DNA of 64,000 nucleotides, from positions 558,001 to 622,000 of the forward strand of contig NW_027271407.1 in assembly GCF_040938485.1 (NCBI RefSeq), in the 5' to 3' direction. Within the stretch, counting starts at the first letter, position 1. The number at the start of each line of letters is the position of its first letter. The stretch is from Diadema antillarum. Lineage: Eukaryota. Below, one piece after another: positions 1 through 12,396 of this stretch. A program made the position numbers and the translations under genes. Under the pieces are notes generated by a model that saw only the letters and a list, made by a program, of their open reading frames with translations, searched no databases and was not told the origin of the DNA.

Positions 1-121
1 CTTTGCGCAATTTTGAGCAACTTTGTGAAAAGTTTATGCAATTTTGTACAATTTTGTGCAACTTTGGTCAATTTTGTCAATTTTTGGCAACTTTTGTCAA
101 TTTCCACTGTGACATGGGGCC
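1..121. repeat. Degenerate ~10-bp minisatellite (CAATTTTGTG-like) ending in ...CTGTGACATGGGGCC, possibly the right end of a Harbinger-like element cut by the window edge
   Basis: About ten imperfect CAA(T/C)TTTG repeats at 1-105. The GGGGCC end resembles the Harbinger-type TIR at 45844-46185. The other end is not visible. Confidence 0.4.
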
Positions 122-512
122 TAGTAACAACAATGAAGGGATTATCAGATTAAGTTGAAATTGAGCATACTTCATCAACAAATATTCTGTTCACGATTTC
201 AAAGCAGGAGCAATATCATTTCTTAAGTTATTATAGTTGAAAGTGAAGAGTGTACAGGGTTTTTAAGAAATGAAAAAGGGACTCTTAATTACACTGTTCT
301 AAAAAAAAGAATTCGAGATAAACTGCTCAAAACACACTTTTCTGCTTGTTTTATGATCCCAAATTTTAGCGTAATGCAAGAGAAGACTTGCTCTTTCAGA
401 AAATATGAACAAGTCAGGATTGGCTTATAGGTTTACCCATTTCACCTATTTTCGGTCCTCACACAAAATCAGTGTGTGCGACTGTTTGTTCGTTTTGTGA
501 TGCACGGTCACA
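122..512 (+). mobile_element. Partial copy of the ~650-bp TGTGACC-TIR MITE (right half)
   Basis: Aligns to 25570-25939 (GTAACAACAATGAAGGG...TTTGTTCGTTTTGTG(A/G)TGCACGGTCACA) and to the reverse complement of the copy at 51164-51785. Confidence 0.75.
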
Positions 513-645
513 AATTACTTCAGTTGGCTGATAAAACAGGATGTGAATAGATGAAATGAATTTATGACGTCATACATAGGTCTTTGAAATACACCGTAAA
601 AGCTTCAAGTCTAAAGAAATTAAAAATTCCTTAGATATCCACATT

Positions 646-1986
646 TTAAACTGGTAAATCTGTATTACCTGTTACTTTTTCGCTAAACAGAGCCCTTCTT
701 TGCGATGCGCTTGTGGTTGATTTGAACAATTCTCCTATCGCTTCACGGAACGCAGGATTCTGAATAGCGTAAATGATAGGATTTGCGCAAGAATTGCAGA
801 AGGCTAGGACATTTAGAGCGAAATACAGGGGGCTGAACAAATAGGACGTTGGCACAAAACGAAGATTATACAAGAGGTATGCCGTCTGTGTCGGTGTCCA
901 CGAGATGAGAAAAACGGCGACCACAAGGAACAGAGTCTTGAGAACACTATTCCTAGCCACAAGGTACTTAGCCGACAGGTTTGAGTTATTGCAGTTTGAA
1001 TCTTCTCCTAACCTCCGGCGGGATTGTCGATAGAGCACTAGTGCAGTCAGAGCCTGGGCTACAAGCATGATGACAGCCGGTATCAGAAACTCAATGATGA
1101 AAACTAGACAGCCTGTCATAATTTGGGAAAGGCGTGAATGAAACGTGGCAGTGCACGTGTCGCTCTTGGCGCTTACCACAACGAATATGAAAAGGTTTAC
1201 AGAAAATGCGGCGAGCCATGTCAATGCAACAGCTTTGCCAACTCTCTGCCGTGTAACAAGACGCTTGAAATGAAGAGGATGGGCAATCGCAATGTATCTC
1301 TCTATTGGAATCAAGGCCAGAATGAAGATGGAGGCAGCTGTAGCAACCCACCTTAAGAGGGCTGAATCAACTAACTTGCAGTAGATATCCCCTAACCATG
1401 TTTCAGGAACCCGGAGTGGCCTAGGCAGCGGGACCATGAACACTGACGTCAAGAAATCTGCAACGGCCAGAGCACCGATCAGTACGTCAGTCGACCGGCA
1501 AGTGTGTCGCCTTTGAAATAACACCAGGATCACGGTCAGGTTTCCCACTATACCCAGCATGGACATTGCTAGTTGAGGAATCGTCACCCATGTCCATGTA
1601 ACTGACTGCACTTTCCAATGCGGTTGGGGAACGACAGGCTTTTCATCATTTTGCCAAACAGAAATCGGTGTACTAATTTCCTCTATATAGATTTCTGTCA
1701 GAGTATTAAGGCTGATGTCAAAAATACTCAAATTCTTTAGCTGAAATGTCCTTGTCCTTGAAATGCCGTGTTGCGAGGTTGTTTCGATACGTACATAGCT
1801 CTGTTCAAACTGAGTAGAAACGAGATCATTGTCTACAGCTTGTGTGCTTGTTGACTGATTGCCGTTGGTAGCTTCAATGTCTAAATGACTTCCAAAGTTG
1901 ACAACTGTGGTGTTAGCCGCTAGTGCTGTGACTGCAGAATAGACCGATCCTGGTATGATGAGAACGAGGATTGCCATTATCCTCAT
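646..1986 (-). CDS. G1: orphan rhodopsin-class (class A) GPCR, galanin/allatostatin-A-receptor-like, 446 aa, uninterrupted CDS
   Basis: Seven hydrophobic segments with GN (TM1), LAVAD (TM2), WLGDIYC (ECL1/C3.25), ERY, SWTP (TM6) and NSCANPIIY (TM7). The track start at 2049 is a TTG; the ATG shared by all paralogs (MRI...) is at 1986. Confidence 0.93.
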   Translation of the reverse strand: MRIMAILVLIIPGSVYSAVTALAANTTVVNFGSHLDIEATNGNQSTSTQAVDNDLVSTQFEQSYVRIETTSQHGISRTRTFQLKNLSIFDISLNTLTEIYIEEISTPISVWQNDEKPVVPQPHWKVQSVTWTWVTIPQLAMSMLGIVGNLTVILVLFQRRHTCRSTDVLIGALAVADFLTSVFMVPLPRPLRVPETWLGDIYCKLVDSALLRWVATAASIFILALIPIERYIAIAHPLHFKRLVTRQRVGKAVALTWLAAFSVNLFIFVVVSAKSDTCTATFHSRLSQIMTGCLVFIIEFLIPAVIMLVAQALTALVLYRQSRRRLGEDSNCNNSNLSAKYLVARNSVLKTLFLVVAVFLISWTPTQTAYLLYNLRFVPTSYLFSPLYFALNVLAFCNSCANPIIYAIQNPAFREAIGELFKSTTSASQRRALFSEKVTGNTDLPV

Positions 1987-2293
1987 TTTTGCTGTTCTCT
2001 CCCTGTAAAAATTATGATACTGCAAATAAGATGAGAAGGTGAAAGGCAAATTGTTATATCAAAGATGTATTAAAAAAAATTACCAAATAAGAAGATACCA
2101 TGTGTACGCCTTAGGTCCTTTTTTATGACCAAATGACAAATCACTATTTATTCTTAAAAGGAAATCATCAAAAAGAAATTATGTCATTGTTTTGCAAAAC
2201 ATAAATGTGATTTCTTTGCCATAAAAACTAATAGGATACTCTCTTGAACATTGATTGTCATATATATATGTATGTATATAAATATCTAACTTT

Positions 2294-2324
<31 letters not shown>

Positions 2325-2423
2325 AATGTATATCTGTAAAAAATTATGTATACAATGATTATTACCATTGTTTTCACTTCACTCTTAACTTCGGCATTAG
2401 TTTAGGAGTATGTAAAATTTACA

Positions 2424-2765
2424 GTTTTCATTTTGGTACTAGCTTCTCGCGCCAGTTGAAATGTCCCATATAAGTTACTCTGACTGAAATGACAACAACA
2501 ATACAACACATTTACGGCTGATTTCAATCATCTCCTTACATCAAAAGTATAGTTAGTATAATGTATATCTAATTCTATGAAATTTTTCATGAAAGTACCA
2601 AAATGTATTCAATTTCATTTTGGTACTAGCTTTTCGCGCCAGTTGAAATGTCTCAAATAAGTTACTCTGATTGACATAATAACAATACAATACATTTATG
2701 GCTGATTTCAATCATCTCCTTACATCAAAAGTATAGTTAGTATAATGATATCTAATTCCATGAAA
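2424..2765. repeat. Local tandem duplication (~188-bp period) in the predicted G1 5'-UTR intron
   Basis: TTTTGGTACTAGC...TCTAATTC(T/C)ATGAAAT occurs twice, starting near 2430 and 2618. The G2 intron has a single copy at ~10765-10920. Confidence 0.85.
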
Positions 2766-2942
2766 TAAAAAAAAAGATCATTCAGTGAAAATGCGATCCT
2801 ACTACGATGAAAAAAAACAGCAACAACGAACTCATATTGTGTCTCAGAAATTGAAACTTTCAACCATGAAACATTCAATTCTCATCCTGTTCTAAGCCAG
2901 TATTCAATTTCGTGCTTGAGCGATTCAACTTACAGACCTTAC

Positions 2943-3120
2943 CTGAAGCAGCTGAAATCCTGAGCATTGATTACTAGTACTTGCAATATCAGCAGTTCAC
3001 GTATGTCCGCACTTCGTTGAAATGGTGTCTTCGAAGTGAACGTATTTGGACTTTATTAGTAGCCGGCACGAAATTGTGCGCATGAGCAGAGAACGGGTTG
3101 AATTCAGCCAATGATATACT
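2943..3120 (-). promoter_or_regulatory. Predicted G1 core promoter and non-coding exon 1 (intron 2003-2942)
   Basis: CCAAT at 3108-3112, TGCGCATG at 3077-3084, AATAAAG at the TATA position (~3051-3057), donor CAG|GTAAG at 2942, and acceptor TTTTTACAG| 16 nt before the ATG. The block is conserved in seven copies. Confidence 0.7.
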
Positions 3121-3142
3121 CGAAACATAATGGGACGTAGTG

Positions 3143-3191
<49 letters not shown>

Positions 3192-5719
3192 ACACACACA
3201 AACAAACAAACACGCGTTTTTTATACACCTCAAGCAGAATATAAGAGCACTGCACGCAAGAAAATTACTCGTGCAGCCTATAGGTTACTGTAAAGCCTCC
3301 AACTAAATTGACAATTATGAAAGTAGACTTTGCACCTGATCATCGCAGTCACCTGCATGATTATTTATCTAGAACCTGAGCAGAAAAAAATTCACAAGAC
3401 TACATCACTGAGTACATCAGGTATAACACGCGACGATGTGGACTTTTATGTGAGGTGGATGTAGAGGACTATACAATCGTCGTTTTATTCTATAACTCAG
3501 AGAGATGAAGTATTTTTTATACTCTCTTTTCATTTTGTTTGGAATACAACGGATCAATATACCATTCTAGACGAAAGCAATTTAAAGAAAATATGCATTA
3601 GCAATATATTGCTTGCTTTCCCTCCACTGACTGGAAGTCTATGATCAAAATAAGACATTTTCTTTAATTGCAGATGACATACAGAGTTTTCTGTTTTGAA
3701 AAATTGGCATTTCATAACACTCACTCACGATTTACTCATGATCTTCACAGTAAACTCTACTGAAAGAAAAATTATAATTAAGAAATGCAATGAAATGATA
3801 TCCAAGTCAACAATGATTTCAACAATAAAGAAAAAGATTCAAATGCACAGTGTCAAAAGCAAACACAAACACTAAAAATCAGAGGCTAAATTATTTTCTG
3901 ATAAACATCTATAAAAAGTACACTGGTCAACATCAATGTGTCATGATATAACTCACGGGGGGGGGGGGGGTGGGTTGATGGGTCCTTGTCTTTTCTCCAC
4001 AATAGATGTGGGAAATGCACATTCTGTTTTTCAGATGACGCAATCGAGCACTTTTGTTTTGTTCTGATAAAACTTGCATACACTGACCACAGTTATTGAT
4101 TATGTCTCAACATTGTTATAGAGTGTAATGAATTGTCATGGAATATTGATAAAATGGATTATGTTCCTTGAAAAATAACCATATGTAGCTCAAACTATTT
4201 TGTAAGATTTATTTGGCATAGCCATTTATTCTGATCATGATGAACATGGTCCGATTGATATGGTTTATACAACACAATTACAAGGAATGTTGGTATCCTC
4301 TTCAAAATTACAAATGAAATGATGTTTGAAAAGAAATTTATGAAATTGCATATACTGACAAACATCGTCAACAGTCAAAACAGTCATAACAGTCAAAACA
4401 AAGAATATGTTACAAAAAATGTGAATTTGTTCTAATGTATTCAACGTCGCAATTATCACCTATAGTAATATAATGATTATGTTGAAACTGTGGCATTTAC
4501 AAAATCGTGTCTATGTTGTTATTACAAAACAAAACCAGAAAAAAAAAACCGTGCCGGAAATTTTATCACTATTTTTCATTGCTTAAAAAACACTTCATGA
4601 CTTGAAAACAATGGAACCTTCCATATACCCATATACATACTTGTCGAACGGTAATACTTAATACCTTTGCCCCAGATTTGAATTCATTCAAATAGATTCC
4701 AAGAAATGTTTATAGGTACTTAAAAAAGACCTAAGCTTCATTAGTGAATATGATAGCTTTGTTTGTTTAACATTTATCCAAATTGTGGGAATAAAGATGT
4801 TGAATTGTCAATGGTTGCAGAAGTACAGAGACATTAAGATTCAAAGCTCAGCGGCCACATTCATCCATCACTCTTTGTCTTCGCCATCGACATACTTTCA
4901 TCTTCACCGTCCTCTCTTTCCCTTCCTCTTCTTTCCCTTCTTTCCCACTTTGAACCTTTCTTTACTACCTCGCGTCCTATAGTGTTGCCATTTGTCTACG
5001 CCTCTTTTTTTTTTTTGGGGGGGGGGGGTGGTTATAGGTTTGTATTCTTAATTCATGTAATTTGGTTTTGCAATTCCACTTAATATGCATAAGAATACGA
5101 GATCGATTATGTATTGTTATTTTTCACCACTTTCATATACACTAATATATGCAGAATTTTTTTTGGCAGTTTTTTTTTCACATTCCTTATTATTGGCATA
5201 TCATGGATTTCACTTATTACATTTTGTGATGTAAATGTGTGCACTTGTTTCTCGTTTAAAAATATTTAAATAAATGGAGAAGGACAAATAAGTGAATGAA
5301 ATGAATAAATGAAAATACTATAAACAAAACTCGCTGTGAAATTAAAAAATACGTTAATCTTAAGCTTTAACATTCAATCATGTCCATATACCAGTCATGC
5401 ACCACACATAGAAATCCTTCTCCATTGAGAGAGACCTGGTGTATACAACTTATTGCGTGAGGATTTCAAACGCTGCCTTTCTCTCTAGTGTTTTTTTATT
5501 ATCTTACAAAAATAGAAATTTCCTCCCCATGTATCACATGAACTGGAAATTTTGCTTGCCGACCATTTTAAACCACATATCATAATCACTGGTTTTCCAA
5601 AAAAAAAATTAAAAATTCTACGGCAGAATTACTTTAATGTGTTTTTTTCTTTTTCTAGCTTCTAATTAGTTCATACAATTATCGAGATAAAAATTTGATA
5701 AAGCGTCCGATAAACTTTG

Positions 5720-6420
5720 CATCATTACATTACAACTGATCATCAAATTCATCTGCATGATTACGTATAAGCAGAACCAGTTAAACTCTCACAAGAATAC
5801 ATCACTTGGTACATCAGTCACAACAGATGATGATGTTTGGGGGGGTGAGATATTTTTAGGGGTCGACATGATCTTTGTTTCTTTTTATTTGTAAGAGACA
5901 TCCAAACTTTTGAATGTTTTCTTTTTTCTCTGTTTTTTAACGTCATCCATCAATAAAGAATTTACCTTTAAAAATAACTTTTAAGAACTATTGCATTAAT
6001 GAACCTCTGTTTATTTTCGCTCCACCGAATAAAAGTATATGATCAATTTTCTTCAACTGACAATGACGCCATAGTTTCCTTTTCTTTGAAAGTAGCCATT
6101 TGCTCACATTCATTCATGATTGACTTAGGATTTATCGAACTGTCCTAGAAAAATCAAGATTGAGAAACGCGCTTTAATGATATCTACGTAGAAGATGGTC
6201 AGTACAATGCTTTCAATGAACAGATTTAGAAGGAGTGTCAAAAGCCAACGAATACATTTAAAATTCAGGGGCTAGATAAGTTTCTGATGACCTATGTACC
6301 GTTCATGCTTGACATCAGTGTACCTTGATATATCTCATAATGACTCATAACTTTAAATGATCCGGTTAAAATCGCAAGAGAATAGTGCTATTGTTGTTGT
6401 TGTTCTTCGATGAATTCTCG
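5720..6420 (-). repeat. Relic of a further cluster unit: upstream-region homology without promoter core or CDS
   Basis: CTGCATGATTAC (5753), TACATCACTTGGTACATCAG and TATGATCAA...CATTCATGATT blocks match 3350-3740 and 11490-11890. Confidence 0.6.
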
Positions 6421-8001
6421 TCTTGCTACAACCATACAATGAGGAAGTTCCCATTGTGTTTGCATCATATTCAAGTCATATTCATGTCTCCCATGCACGA
6501 TCGAGATCCCTTATTACATACGCTGACCACAATAATTGATTATTCAATGTCTCCACAAGACTTAAGTGTAATAAATTGTCATTTGATTACATCCTTAACA
6601 TATTATATCACTTTTTTCTCAGTTTTCCCTTTACAAGTATCATCTAAATTCGTTTCTGTCCTGTTATATTCCTTTGCCTGCTTGTGTCGTTCTCCTCGGC
6701 TAAAATGTCGATTTTAGGCTATGGCAAACATCCGCAAATTCAAGTTGTTTATATTTGTGTATGCAGAGAGGTGGAAGAGACCCATTTCCCAGGTGTGTGT
6801 GTCTACTTAAACATAATCATAGGAGAATAATGTTATGTAGGGCAAGTCCAAGATAATATCCCCTCAGATGCTCAAAATGCATCTTAATTTAATCAAAAAA
6901 AAATATTTCAATCATGTTATAGTCAAAGAGATACGTTATATATTTCCAGCAAAGAAAATATAGAATTATGCCAATTTGATACAAGAAATGCCTTAATTTG
7001 CATAAATCTAAAACAAACCTTACGTGTGGGACAAATCAAAAATATTCATCTAAAAATCATTTGAATTTGTTTTTTTACCTAGTTCCTTTATGGACATGAC
7101 CCCTTTGTGACGTAGTATATAATTCGCGATTGGTAAAACAGATTTAAAATTCAGCAGATTTAATAATGATGCAAATTATACATTTCCCAAAACAAAGTGA
7201 GTGGTGTTTTTTTTTGTCTGAAGATTTCTAACATTGAGCAATCATACTTTACGAGGTCCTTCTTATTCATTCATTCTTCTAACTCCTGATTACCAAACCT
7301 AGATGTTGAAATTCAATTAGTCTTTCATCTTATAACTATAAACAAAGTTTTCTTACGCATAGGGCAAATGCCTTACGTATGGGATATTATATACAAAGTG
7401 AATCGGAAAACCTCTCCTTTTGACATGTACTTGCAACTGTGTGGTTTATGGTCATCTTTGTACCTACTCTGAAGGAAATGTCTTTATATTTGCCTCTCCG
7501 ATTCAGTTGACCTCAGGGGAGAAAGTAAGAACAGCACTATTAGATCATTCTATTATCAAGAAAGAAAAAAGGATAGAATCTATTTATTTCTAATTTTCTT
7601 ATTTTCATAACAGACTGTGCAGCTAGTCTTCAATTAACATTCCTCCTTTTAACATATTAATATTGGACACGTCTATACGTGTAATTCAGTTATCATTTTC
7701 AACTTTACCTATATACAAAATTTATTTTGCCCATTTTACGTATAGTATACTGTTCATCGTGAGCTATAGCCTCACAAGGAAAATCAGAACAATTGTGAAA
7801 AATCACTTGAAGTGACAGCGGGTAACTTTGTCCTTACTAGAGTTGATGGAAAAGGAAAACCCCTGCTAGAATATTTGTTTCTTTCTTCACTTCTAAACAG
7901 AACTTGATCAGCAAGATACTTTCAGAAAATTTTCAATTCAAACTTTATTTTTCAGAATGTAGTTTTTTTCTCTGATCCAATATGTAAGTTGACAGCCCTA
8001 C

Positions 8002-8032
<31 letters not shown>

Positions 8033-8551
8033 AGATAACTATTATTGTATGTCTTCACTTATACGTAATATTATGCACGTAATTATATATATTCATGGAA
8101 ACACTCTTGTCTATGTTTTAATTTAAAAATTGTTAACTTGGTCATAATTTCATTAGTATAAGTGGAGAAATAAAACAGACTGAAACTGCATCTGTTTATG
8201 TGGGACATAAGTAAACAAGTCTGAAATATGCCAATTCCTTGGGCACTATAAAGCAAAACTTACTGTCCTAGTCTGTACATAATACTGTCATCTAATGCAA
8301 TGCTTCACATTACAGTGAAATGACAAGATGTAGGCTTCACAATGATTCATGATCTACAATTCTGTCATCCCCCTTTGCAACATTATAAAACACTATGGAC
8401 CGGTGTACTGCACTATACATCTACTTGTTAATCTGATACATTACTTCAGTGGCTGATATACCAGGATGTGAATAAATAAAATGAATTCATAGCGACATAT
8501 TGGGTAATTGAAATACAACATGAAAGTTTCTAGTCTAAAAAAGAAAATTCC

Positions 8552-9949
8552 TTAGATATCCACATCGTGAGCTGTCAAATCTGTATTACCTGCATCTGTA
8601 TAAACTTTTTCGCTAAACAGAGCCCTTCTTTGCGATGCGCTTGTGGTTGGTTTGAACAATTCTCCTATCGCCTTACGGAACGCAGGATTCTGAATAGCGT
8701 AAATTACAGGATTTGCGCAAGAATTGCAGAAGGCTAGGATGTTTAAAGCGAAATATAAAGGGCTATACAAATATGACGTTGGCACAAAACGAAGATTGTA
8801 CAAGAGGAATGCCGTCTGTGTCGGTGTCCACGAGATGAGAAAGACCACGACAACGAGAAACAGAATCTTGAGAACTCTTTTCCTAGCCACAAGGTACTTA
8901 ACTGACAGGTTTGAGTTATTGCAGATTGAATCTTCTCCTAGCCTCTGGAGGGATTGCCGATAGAGCACCAGTGCAGTCAGAGCCTGGGCTACAAGCATGA
9001 TGACAGCCGGTATCAGAAACTCAATGATGAAAACCAGACAGCCCCTGATAATTTGGGAAAGGCGTGAATGAAACGTGTCAGAGCACGTTTCGCTCTTGGC
9101 GCTTACCATAAAGAATATGAAAAGGTTTACAGAAAATGCGGCAAGCCATGTCAATGCAACAGCTTTGCCAACTCTCTGCCTTGTAACAAGACGCTTGAAA
9201 TGAAGAGGGTGGGCAATCGCAATGTATCTCTCTATTGGAATCAAGGCTAGAATGAAGATGGAGGCACATACAGAAATCCACTTTAACACGGCTGAATCAA
9301 CTAACTTGCAGTAGACATTCCCTAACCATGTTTCAGGAACCCGGAGTGGCCTAGGAAGCGGAACCATGAACACTGACGTCAAGAAGTCCGCAACTGCCAG
9401 GGAACCGATTAGTACATCAGTCGACCGGCAAGTGTGACGCCTTTGGAATAACACCAGGATCACGATCAGGTTTCCAACTATTCCCAGCAAGGACGTCGCT
9501 AGTTGCGGAATTGTTACCCATGTCCATGAAACGGACTGCCACTTCCAAAGTGGTTGGGGGACGACAGGTTTTTCTGTATTTTGCCCAACAGAACTTGGTG
9601 TACTAATTTCTTCCGTATAGATTTTTGTGAGAGTTTTAAGGTTGATTTCAAGAGTACTCGAATCCTTTAGCTGGAGTGTCCTTGTTTCAATGAGTGTGCC
9701 GTGTTGCGAGGTTGTTTCGATACGTAAATAGCTCTGCTCAAACTGAGTAGAACCTGGATCATTGTCTACAGCTTGTATATGAGTTGAGTGATTGCCGTTG
9801 TTTAAATGACTTCCAAAGTTGACAACTGATACCCCCTGAGAAGTGTTCGAGGGAGAATGATCAAGAACTGTGGTGTTGGCCGGTAGTGTCGTGACTGTAG
9901 AACTGACCGTTCCTGATATGATCAGAACGATGATTGCCATTATCCTCAT
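8552..9949 (-). CDS. G2: orphan class A GPCR paralog, 465 aa, closest to G1
   Basis: Same motif set (LAVAD, ERY, SWTP, NPVIY) in an open frame. The track start at 10012 is a TTG; the conserved ATG is at 9949. Confidence 0.93.
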   Translation of the reverse strand: MRIMAIIVLIISGTVSSTVTTLPANTTVLDHSPSNTSQGVSVVNFGSHLNNGNHSTHIQAVDNDPGSTQFEQSYLRIETTSQHGTLIETRTLQLKDSSTLEINLKTLTKIYTEEISTPSSVGQNTEKPVVPQPLWKWQSVSWTWVTIPQLATSLLGIVGNLIVILVLFQRRHTCRSTDVLIGSLAVADFLTSVFMVPLPRPLRVPETWLGNVYCKLVDSAVLKWISVCASIFILALIPIERYIAIAHPLHFKRLVTRQRVGKAVALTWLAAFSVNLFIFFMVSAKSETCSDTFHSRLSQIIRGCLVFIIEFLIPAVIMLVAQALTALVLYRQSLQRLGEDSICNNSNLSVKYLVARKRVLKILFLVVVVFLISWTPTQTAFLLYNLRFVPTSYLYSPLYFALNILAFCNSCANPVIYAIQNPAFRKAIGELFKPTTSASQRRALFSEKVYTDAGNTDLTAHDVDI

Positions 9950-10227
9950 TTTTGCTCTTCTTTCCCGGTGAAGATTACGATACCGCAAAAGAGATAGGGA
10001 GGTGAAATGCAAATCGTTATATTAAAAATGTATCAAAAAGTATTACTAAATATGAGAATTTTTTCACTATTACGTATTTGCCTAAGACCCTTTTTATGAC
10101 CAAATGATAGATCACTAGATTTTTTTGAATAGGAAATCATCAGTAAGAAATCATGTTATTTATCGTAAAACAAAAATGTGGGTTTTTTTGCCATAAAAGC
10201 TAACAAGATGCCCTCTTGGACATTGGT

Positions 10228-10269
<42 letters not shown>

Positions 10270-11105
10270 AACTTATTCCCGTTTACCAACCAGCGAAGAG
10301 TTATGAGGTCATAATATCTAATTTATGCAATGATAATTGGTGAATGTAGTAACGGACGCTATCATTATTCCAGGAAAACTTGTAAGACATTCTAGTCCTT
10401 TCCTGTCCTAGCTTCACGTGTATTTTATGACTTTCTAATTTCATTTTGGATATAATTACATGCTTTCCAACTGCAGTTATTGCAAAAGTATCAGCCACAT
10501 GGTAGCTACGACAGACAAGTAATCCCACCAGGGAGACCCCCACATGTGCGAACAAGACATTAATGAAATTAAAAAAAAATCAATTAATCTACTTATATTT
10601 CTTCAGATACACCTTAATTTCACAGTGACAGCAAAAGAATGTTAAGGCACAATTTTGACCAATATATATCTTCATGTCATCAGCTACAATGAGTATTACC
10701 ATTGTTTTTCACTCCTCTCTTAACTTCGGTATGAGTTTAGGAGTATGTAAAATTTAGAATTTTCATTTTGGTACTAGCATCTCGCGCCAGTCGAAATGTT
10801 CCATATAAGTTTATACTCTGATTGACATTACAACAACAATACATTACATTTATGGCTGATTCCAATCATCCCCTTACATCAAAAGTATAGTTAGTATAAT
10901 GTTTATCTAATTCCATGAATATTTTAAAAAAAATAAGGTCACTACAGTGATAATACGATCCAACTATGATGAAAGAAAGAGAAAAAAAACAACGAAACCA
11001 TATTTCTGAGTAATTGAAACTTTCAGCCATGAAATATTCAATTCCCACACTGTTCTAAGCCAGTATTCAATTTCGTACTTGAACGATTCAACTTCAAAAC
11101 CTTAC

Positions 11106-11275
11106 CCGAAGCAGCTGAACTCCTGAGCACTGATTACTTCCAATATCAGCAGTTCACGTACATCCACTTCGTTGAAATGATGTATTCGAAGTGCACGTCT
11201 TTGGACTTTATATGTAGTCGGCACGAAATTGTGCGCATGAGCAGAGCACGGGTTGACTTCAGCCAATGATATCAC
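11106..11275 (-). promoter_or_regulatory. Predicted G2 core promoter and non-coding exon 1
   Basis: CCAAT at 11263-11267, TGCGCATG at 11232-11239, canonical TATAAAG at 11206-11212 (minus strand), donor GG|GTAAG at 11105. Confidence 0.72.
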
Positions 11276-11300
11276 ACTCCAAACATAATGGGTCACAGTA

Positions 11301-11348
<48 letters not shown>

Positions 11349-12355
11349 AACACGCGCATAAATACACCCCGAGCACAATATTGTAGATCCGCATGCAAGG
11401 ATAACTCTGCCGCCTGGGTTTAATACTGCAATGCCTTCGACTAAATTGGCAATCATGAAAGTAGACATTACACCAGATTATCACATTCAACTGCATGATT
11501 ATGTATCTAGAGCATAAACAAGAAAAACACTCACAAGACTACGTCACTGAGTACATCAAGTTACACGCGACGGTGTGGCCTTTTATATGAGGTGGATATT
11601 TGTAGAGGCCTAAATGATCGTCATTTCATTTTATTACTTAGAGAGATCCAGTATTTTTTGTGCTTTCGTTTCTGTTTGTTTAGAATGCAAAGGACCAATA
11701 TACCATTATATATGAAAGCAATATAAAGAAAATATCCAATACAACTACATTGTTTGTTTTCATTGTACTGACTTGAAGTCTATGATCAAAATAAGATATT
11801 TTCTTCAATTGCAGACGACATGTAGAGTTTACTATTGTGAAAAGTTGATAATTCTTGATATTCATTCATGATTGACTCATGATCTTCACAGCAAACTCTA
11901 CTAAAGAAAATCATAATTCAGAAACACAATTTGATGCTGCCCACGCAGATGAAGTGAACCAATAATTTTGATTTTAAAAATTCGAATGCACAGTGTCAAA
12001 AGCCAATATATACACTAAAAAAAAATCATAGACCAAATAATTTTCTGATAATCATCTAAGCGCACTGGTAGACACCAATGTGTCCTAATGTATATCACGT
12101 ATCTAAAAGATCCAGTTATAATCTCAAAATAATTGTATACGGTTTTTATGGGTCCTTGTCTTGTCTCCACCATAGACGTGGAAAATGCCCATTCTGATAT
12201 TAGATGACACAATCGAACATATTCTTTTTCTTCTGATAAAATTTACATACACTGATCACAGTAATTAATTTTGAATTATGTCAAGTCTTAAAATGATGAG
12301 AGTGTAATAAATTGTCATTAAATATTAATAGGACGAATAATGTTCTTTATGTATG

Positions 12356-12396
<41 letters not shown>

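Noticed and set aside
1091-1356. Recurrent antisense and alternate-frame ORFs over TM3-TM4 of each GPCR
   Set aside because: They recur because the underlying CDS is paralogous; lengths and starts are inconsistent between copies.
1987-2049. 21-aa N-terminal extensions of G1 and G2 in the ORF track (also 9950-10012)
   Set aside because: They start at TTG and run through the predicted splice acceptor; all paralogs share the downstream ATG.
2989-3255. CVCVCV/HTHTHT ORFs (also 11102, 14308, 23672, 54222 and others)
   Set aside because: They are translations of (CA)n/(TG)n microsatellites.
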